From: Dehalococcoidia bacterium
GTDB lineage: Bacteria > Chloroflexota > Dehalococcoidia > Bin125
Reading direction: 5' to 3'
Assembly (NCBI GenBank): GCA_965221705.1
Contig: OZ244908.1
Span: 283,064 to 347,063 of the forward strand
Length of the DNA stretch: 64,000 bases
The notes under the pieces were generated by a model that was not told the origin of the DNA, searched no databases, and saw only the letters and a program-made list of their open reading frames with translations. Positions 58,776 through 64,000 of the stretch are shown here, one piece after another (position 1 is the stretch's first letter; every line of letters begins with the position of its first letter). A program made the translations under genes and the position numbers.

Positions 58776-61700
58776 GTGTTCAGACCGCAGCGGACGGAGC
58801 ACCCGCGCGTGAGCGTTGCCGACGCGCACGACAATCCGCACGACGTCCCGCCCGGCCTGCTCGCCGGGCTGCGCCCCGTTGTGCTCCGCGCAATCGAGCC
58901 CTTCGACAGTGTCCCCTCGCTCGGACTGTCCGATGCCGCCAAACCTGCCGTGATCGCGGCGCTCGCGAGCCGCCATCGCGGACCTGTGCTGGTCGTGACC
59001 GCCTCGCCGACCTCAGCCGCCGACCTCGTCGACGCGCTGCCTCTGTGGCTCACTGCTGAAGAGCGCGATCGGCTGCACCAGTTTCCCGCCCGCGAGTCCG
59101 CGCCCTACGAGCGCCAGCGTCCCGCGCCCGACATCATCGAGGCGCGACTCACGGCAGTCACCGCGCTGCGTCAAGACGTCCCGCCGGAATCGCCGATCGT
59201 GGTCGCCGATGTTGACGCCGTCACACAGCGCACCGTGGCGGCGGCCTCAGCGCCGCTGAGTGTTCGACTTGGCGGATCGCTGCGGTTGACGGAGTTTGTC
59301 CGCTCGCTCGACGCGAGCGGCTACGAGCGCAGCCGCATCGTGGTCGCGCCGGCGATGTTCGCCGTCCGAGGCGGCATCGTTGACTTCTGGCCGCCCGCCG
59401 ACGACGCGCCGGTTCGCGTTGAGCTGTTCGGCGACGAGATTGACTCAATCAGGCGCTTCGATCCTGAGACTCAGCGCTCGACGTCGCCAGTTGAAGTGGT
59501 CTCCTTGAGGCCGGCTCGCGAATGGAGCCTCGGCCCGTCGTCGCAACCGCTGGTCGACGATTTGCTGCGTTCAGTGGATGCCGCATGCGCCGTCGATGCT
59601 CCCGAGCTCGTCGACGAGGCCGCGGCGTTGGCTCATGATGTCGAGCTGCTGCGCAGCGGAACCGCGCCGGCGCGAGCGGACTTCTGGACGCAGTTCCTGG
59701 CGAGCGGAACGATCTTCGACCACCTCGGCGACGATGCGCTGATCATTGTCGACGAGCCGCACGACGTCTCGTCGCGAGCGGAGGATCGCGATGAGCGAGC
59801 TTCGCACGCGCGCGACGAGCTCGAGCGAGCGGGCAGAATCCCGCGCGGTCTGCCGCATCCCTGGCTGGAGCGCGAGGCGTTCGAGTCGCAGCTGTCTGAG
59901 TCAGCTGAAGCGGGCCGAGAGGTGCGCGCGATCTCAAGACTGGGCGCTGGAGCGCATCGTCTGCCGTTCCGCGCTGCGCCGCGATTGGCCGGCAAGCTGT
60001 CGCAACTCTTCGAGTCGTTGCGCAACGACGACGCCGGCGGAGCGCGTGTGTTGGTCTCGCTGCAGGAAGCCCGACTCTCCGAGCTGATGACTGATCTGGG
60101 CCTGCCGCTCTCGAAGCTGCAACCCGACTCGCCGCCCGATCCGAGGACGATCGCCGTCGCGCGCGCCGCGCTCTCGGAGGGCTGGAGGCTCGACGATCCA
60201 GACACTAGCGAACGGCTGGTGTCACTGATCAGCGACACCGAGATCTTCGGCTTCGAGCGCCAACGTCAGCGTCGACCGGCGCGCGTGAGGTCAACGGCGG
60301 AGTTTGATCCGCACTTGCTCGAGTCGCTCAAGCCGGGCGACTTTGTCGTCCACGTCGACAACGGCATCGCGCGGTTCGAGGGCGTCGTCAATGAGCGAAT
60401 CGGCGGTCGGCAGGGTGAGTATCTCGACCTGCGCTACGCACAGGGCGACCGTCTGCTCGTGCCAACGGACAAGCTTGACCGCGTCCAGCCGTATGTCGGT
60501 CCGTCGGACTCGCCGCCGACGCTGACCCGTCTCGGCGGCGGCCAGTGGCAACGAGCCAAAGCTCGAGTGCGTCGCGCCGTGGCTGAGATCGCCGATGACT
60601 TGCTCGAGCTGCACGCCGCGCGCGAGTCGGAGCCGGGCATCGCTATCGATCCTGACTCGCCCTGGCAGATTGAGCTTGAGGCGTCGTTCCCCTACGTCGA
60701 AACGCCCGATCAGCAGCGCGCCATCGGAGAGGTGCGCCGCGATCAGGAATCGGCCAAGCCGATGGACCGTCTCGTTGTCGGCGATGTCGGCTACGGCAAA
60801 ACCGAGGTCGCCATTCGCGCGGCGTTCAAGGCGGTGATGTCGGGGCATCAAGTCGCCGTGCTCGTCCCGACGACTGTGCTCGCGCAACAGCACTTTGAGA
60901 CGTTCAGTCAACGACTCGCCGCGATGCAGGTGCGGATCGGTCTGCTCTCGCGACTCCGGACCACGACCGAGCAGCAAGAGACCGTCGACGGTCTGCGCGC
61001 GGGTTCCGTCGACATCGTGATCGGCACGCATCGACTGCTGCAGCGTGACATCGGCTTCAAGAGTCTGGGGCTGGTCGTGATCGACGAGGAGCAACGTTTC
61101 GGCGTCGAGCACAAAGAGCGGCTCAAGCGTCTGCGCAGCGAGGTCGACGTGCTCACACTCTCAGCGACGCCGATTCCCCGCTCGTTGCATCAGGCCGTGA
61201 CCGGCATTCGCGACATGTCCACGATCGCCACGCCGCCGGAGGAGCGTCTGCCGATCAGCACCTATGTCATGGAACGCGATGACAGTGTGATTCGCGAGGC
61301 GATCCTGCGCGAGCTGGACCGCGGCGGTCAGGTCTACTTCCTGCACAACGAGGTGCGCACGATCGATCGCGAGGCGCTCGAGCTCGGTCGTCTCGTGCCT
61401 GAAGCGAGTTTCCTGGTCGCGCACGGGCAGATGCCGGCCCAAACGCTGCGTGAGCACATGGAGCGATTTACCAACGGCGACGCCGATGTGCTGGTTTGCT
61501 CCACGATCATCGAGTCGGGCGTCGACATACCGCGGGTCAACACGATTATCATCGATCGCGCCGAGCGCTTGGGGCTGGCGCAGATGTATCAGTTGCGCGG
61601 CCGCGTGGGACGTTCGAGCGTGCGCGCCTTCGCGTATCTGATGACCGAACCGTACCGTTCGCTGTCTGAAGTCGCGCAACGTCGGCTGGCGACGATCATG

Positions 61701-62333
61701 GAGGCGGATGATCTCGGCGCGGGTTTTCAGATCGCGCTCAAGGATCTGGAGATACGCGGCGCGGGCAATCTGCTCGGAGCGCAGCAGTCAGGCCACATCG
61801 GCGCGGTCGGATTCACGCTGTTCACGCAACTGTTGGCCGAGGCGGTCGAGCGCGCCCGCGTGAAGCACACGGGAGAGCGACCGACGCCGCGAATGCAAGG
61901 CACGCGCGTCAGTCTCGACCTGGCGCTGCCGCGTTATCTGCCCGAGTCATACGTCGAAGATGTCGGTTTGCGAATGAGTTTGTATCAACGACTCGCCACG
62001 GTCGATTCAAACGAGTTAGTTGATGATTTTGCGAGCGAACTGATCGATCGCTTTGGGCCGATACCTCAACCGGCGGCGAACCTGATCGGCGCGGTCAGAC
62101 TTAAGGCGTTGGCATCGAGGCTTGGCGCCGAATCGATACAGTCAGATGGAGAACAAGTAGTGATTCGTCTCGCGCCGGGAATCACATTCAATCGTTCGCA
62201 GCGCCGACTCAGCGTCCCAAGGCAAGTCCAGATCGGATCGACGCAAGTTCGCTATAGCCCGGGAACAAGACTGTCCGAGTCAAACTGGGAGTCGGTCCTC
62301 TCCGACGTCTTGACGGCGCTGTCTGAGACATGA
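58776..62333 (+). CDS. mfd: Transcription-repair coupling factor
   Basis: UvrB-homology N-terminus, RNAP-interacting domain, SF2 helicase motifs (GDVGYGKTEVA, DEEQRFG, QLRGRVGRS) and TRG. 1185 aa. Confidence 0.9.
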   Translation: MFRPQRTEHPRVSVADAHDNPHDVPPGLLAGLRPVVLRAIEPFDSVPSLGLSDAAKPAVIAALASRHRGPVLVVTASPTSAADLVDALPLWLTAEERDRLHQFPARESAPYERQRPAPDIIEARLTAVTALRQDVPPESPIVVADVDAVTQRTVAAASAPLSVRLGGSLRLTEFVRSLDASGYERSRIVVAPAMFAVRGGIVDFWPPADDAPVRVELFGDEIDSIRRFDPETQRSTSPVEVVSLRPAREWSLGPSSQPLVDDLLRSVDAACAVDAPELVDEAAALAHDVELLRSGTAPARADFWTQFLASGTIFDHLGDDALIIVDEPHDVSSRAEDRDERASHARDELERAGRIPRGLPHPWLEREAFESQLSESAEAGREVRAISRLGAGAHRLPFRAAPRLAGKLSQLFESLRNDDAGGARVLVSLQEARLSELMTDLGLPLSKLQPDSPPDPRTIAVARAALSEGWRLDDPDTSERLVSLISDTEIFGFERQRQRRPARVRSTAEFDPHLLESLKPGDFVVHVDNGIARFEGVVNERIGGRQGEYLDLRYAQGDRLLVPTDKLDRVQPYVGPSDSPPTLTRLGGGQWQRAKARVRRAVAEIADDLLELHAARESEPGIAIDPDSPWQIELEASFPYVETPDQQRAIGEVRRDQESAKPMDRLVVGDVGYGKTEVAIRAAFKAVMSGHQVAVLVPTTVLAQQHFETFSQRLAAMQVRIGLLSRLRTTTEQQETVDGLRAGSVDIVIGTHRLLQRDIGFKSLGLVVIDEEQRFGVEHKERLKRLRSEVDVLTLSATPIPRSLHQAVTGIRDMSTIATPPEERLPISTYVMERDDSVIREAILRELDRGGQVYFLHNEVRTIDREALELGRLVPEASFLVAHGQMPAQTLREHMERFTNGDADVLVCSTIIESGVDIPRVNTIIIDRAERLGLAQMYQLRGRVGRSSVRAFAYLMTEPYRSLSEVAQRRLATIMEADDLGAGFQIALKDLEIRGAGNLLGAQQSGHIGAVGFTLFTQLLAEAVERARVKHTGERPTPRMQGTRVSLDLALPRYLPESYVEDVGLRMSLYQRLATVDSNELVDDFASELIDRFGPIPQPAANLIGAVRLKALASRLGAESIQSDGEQVVIRLAPGITFNRSQRRLSVPRQVQIGSTQVRYSPGTRLSESNWESVLSDVLTALSET

Positions 62334-62418
62334 AGGCCATCGGGCTGCTCTCGCCTTCGTCGTATCAATGGATTCGTGACGCGGGCCTCACGAGACGAAG
62401 CGCAGCTACGATACTCCC

Positions 62419-63729
62419 GTGAGATTTCGATCGTCGTGGACACTGCTGATTGTCGGCATCCTGATTGGGGCGCCGGCGCTGGCGCTTCGCGCTGCCGGCG
62501 TTCACCTCGGCACCGAGGCTGAGGTGATCGTCTTCGGCATCGGCATCCTCTCGGCGGCGTTCCTGATCTCGACTGGCGCCGAAGCGGCCCAGCACGACAT
62601 CCCCGCAGCGCTGTCCGTAGCGTTGGTTGCGTTCATCGCCGTGCTGCCCGAGTACGCGGTCGACCTGCTGCTCGCCTGGGAGGCGGGCAAGGGCATTCCG
62701 GGCAAAGACGAGCTGGCGCTGGCCAACATGACCGGGGCCAATCGATTGCTGCTGGGCGTCGGCTGGGCCATGGTGATCGTGCTGTTCGCCTGGAAGTCCG
62801 ATGGTCCGCGACACCTGTTGGCGAGCGCGGCGCGAAACTCATGGAGGTTTCTGCGCCGACGTCCCGACGATCCGAGCGAGCCGTTGCTGACCTTGCCAGG
62901 CGGTATCGGGCTGGACATCGGCATTCTCGCCGTCGCGACGCTGTACTCGTTCATCATCGTGGCGAAGGGCCGCGTCGCGATTGAAGACACGATCATCCTC
63001 GGGCTGCTCTTCCTCTGGTACGTCATTCGCCTGACGCGCTCACCAGTCGAGGAGCCTGAGCTTGAGGGTCCCGCCGCGACGATCGGCAATCTGCCTGTGG
63101 CGCGGCGGCGAGTTGTGGTCGTGTTTCTGATCGCATACTCGGCCGCCGTGATCGCGATGTCGGCGGAGCCGTTCGTGCATGGACTCGAACAGGTCGGGCG
63201 CGATGTCGGCATCGGAGAGTTTTTCGTCATTCAGTGGATCGCGCCGCTGGCGTCGGAGTCGCCTGAGTTTCTGGCCGCGCTCTACCTCGTCTGGCGCGGA
63301 TCGGCCGGACTCGGCGTCAACATGTTGATCTCAAGCAAGGTCAATCAGTGGACGTTGCTGATCGGCTCGGTGCCGATCGCCTACATCGCAGCCGGCGGCG
63401 CGCTGAGCGGGATCGCGTCGAGCGACATCCAACGCGCCGAGGTGTTCATCACGGCGGCGCAATCGGCGTTCGGCGTGATGTTGATCATTGACCGACGGCT
63501 GACGGCGCGGGCTGGCCTGGCGCTCTTATCGATCTTCCTCGCTCAGTTGCTGACGCAGTTCTTTCTCCAGGACGACAACACGCCGCGCATCGTGTTCGGC
63601 TTGATCTACCTCGTCCTGACCGCGTTGATGATGACTCGGTACTGGCCTAGCATCATTCCAACGCTTGGAGAGGCGTTTCGCTCTCCCAGCGCAGCCGCCG
63701 AGCGCCAACACTCCTCTAACGAAGGCTAA
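62419..63729 (+). CDS. Ca2+/cation antiporter (CaCA) family membrane protein
   Basis: Two alpha-repeat-like segments (…AVLPEYAVDL… and …APLASESPEFLAAL…). About 10-11 TM helices. Confidence 0.6.
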   Translation: MRFRSSWTLLIVGILIGAPALALRAAGVHLGTEAEVIVFGIGILSAAFLISTGAEAAQHDIPAALSVALVAFIAVLPEYAVDLLLAWEAGKGIPGKDELALANMTGANRLLLGVGWAMVIVLFAWKSDGPRHLLASAARNSWRFLRRRPDDPSEPLLTLPGGIGLDIGILAVATLYSFIIVAKGRVAIEDTIILGLLFLWYVIRLTRSPVEEPELEGPAATIGNLPVARRRVVVVFLIAYSAAVIAMSAEPFVHGLEQVGRDVGIGEFFVIQWIAPLASESPEFLAALYLVWRGSAGLGVNMLISSKVNQWTLLIGSVPIAYIAAGGALSGIASSDIQRAEVFITAAQSAFGVMLIIDRRLTARAGLALLSIFLAQLLTQFFLQDDNTPRIVFGLIYLVLTALMMTRYWPSIIPTLGEAFRSPSAAAERQHSSNEG

Positions 63730-63744
63730 GAAAGCTGGCAGACA

Positions 63745-64000
63745 TGACCGACTGGGCCGACCTCTCAGAACGACTGGAAGGCGCGTTGGGACTCGCCAAC
63801 TCGCCGCTCGCGATCACCTTTCACGACTCGCCATCGGGCGTGGCGGGCTTCAATCAGCCGATGCCCTCGCCTGCGGACGATGGCCGCACGGGTCGCGTAC
63901 CTGCGGGCTGCGTGTTCTGGATGCACGCGGCCGATCAGACGTTCTCGACCGTCGCCGCCGACCACGCCAACTGCTCGGTCGGTTCGGTGACGCACGGGTT
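63745..64000 (+). CDS. DUF169-family protein, N-terminal fragment. It continues beyond the window end.
   Basis: ATG at 63745. MTDWADLSERLEGALGLANSPLAITFHD… matches the DUF169 N-terminal pattern (…PVAV(K/T)F…). Truncated by the window. Confidence 0.45.

Overview
This is a high-GC (~68%) chromosomal segment, probably from an actinobacterial or Chloroflexi-like genome. The evidence for that is an F420-type luciferase-like monooxygenase, Ino1 plus phosphatidylinositol-type lipid genes, and lipobox lipoproteins. It is mostly housekeeping. The housekeeping genes include: enoyl-CoA hydratase; dienelactone hydrolase; an EF-G paralog; recJ; fabF; the nnr-acpS cluster; folD; prfB with its programmed +1 frameshift; ino1 and an inositol monophosphatase; pyrE; an AMP-forming acetyl-CoA synthetase next to a split ADP-forming one; pth-mfd; and a CaCA antiporter. 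Accessory material is scattered through it. First, a composite palindromic GC-rich repeat family ('cccctctcccc-tcgg-ggagagggttagggtgaggggg…ccctcacccc') sits in at least eight intergenic loci. Second, a ~3.5 kb restriction-modification island at ~35.8-39.2 kb holds two divergent systems: an HNH nuclease overlapping a beta-class MTase, and a PD-(D/E)xK-like nuclease with a second MTase. The island is lower in GC and is punctuated by two 18-22 nt poly-G tracts, and the nuclease gene has no stop codon at the observed tract length. Third, there is a vapBC pair with an operator palindrome. Fourth, a ~1.1 kb two-gene module is flanked by 41-bp direct repeats. Fifth, there are three tandem DinB-family paralogs. 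Sixth, a secreted Excalibur-DUF1524 nuclease lies next to a low-GC pair of small genes. Finally, an uncharacterised coiled-coil ORF is inserted between pth and mfd. No rRNA, tRNA or CRISPR array was found.
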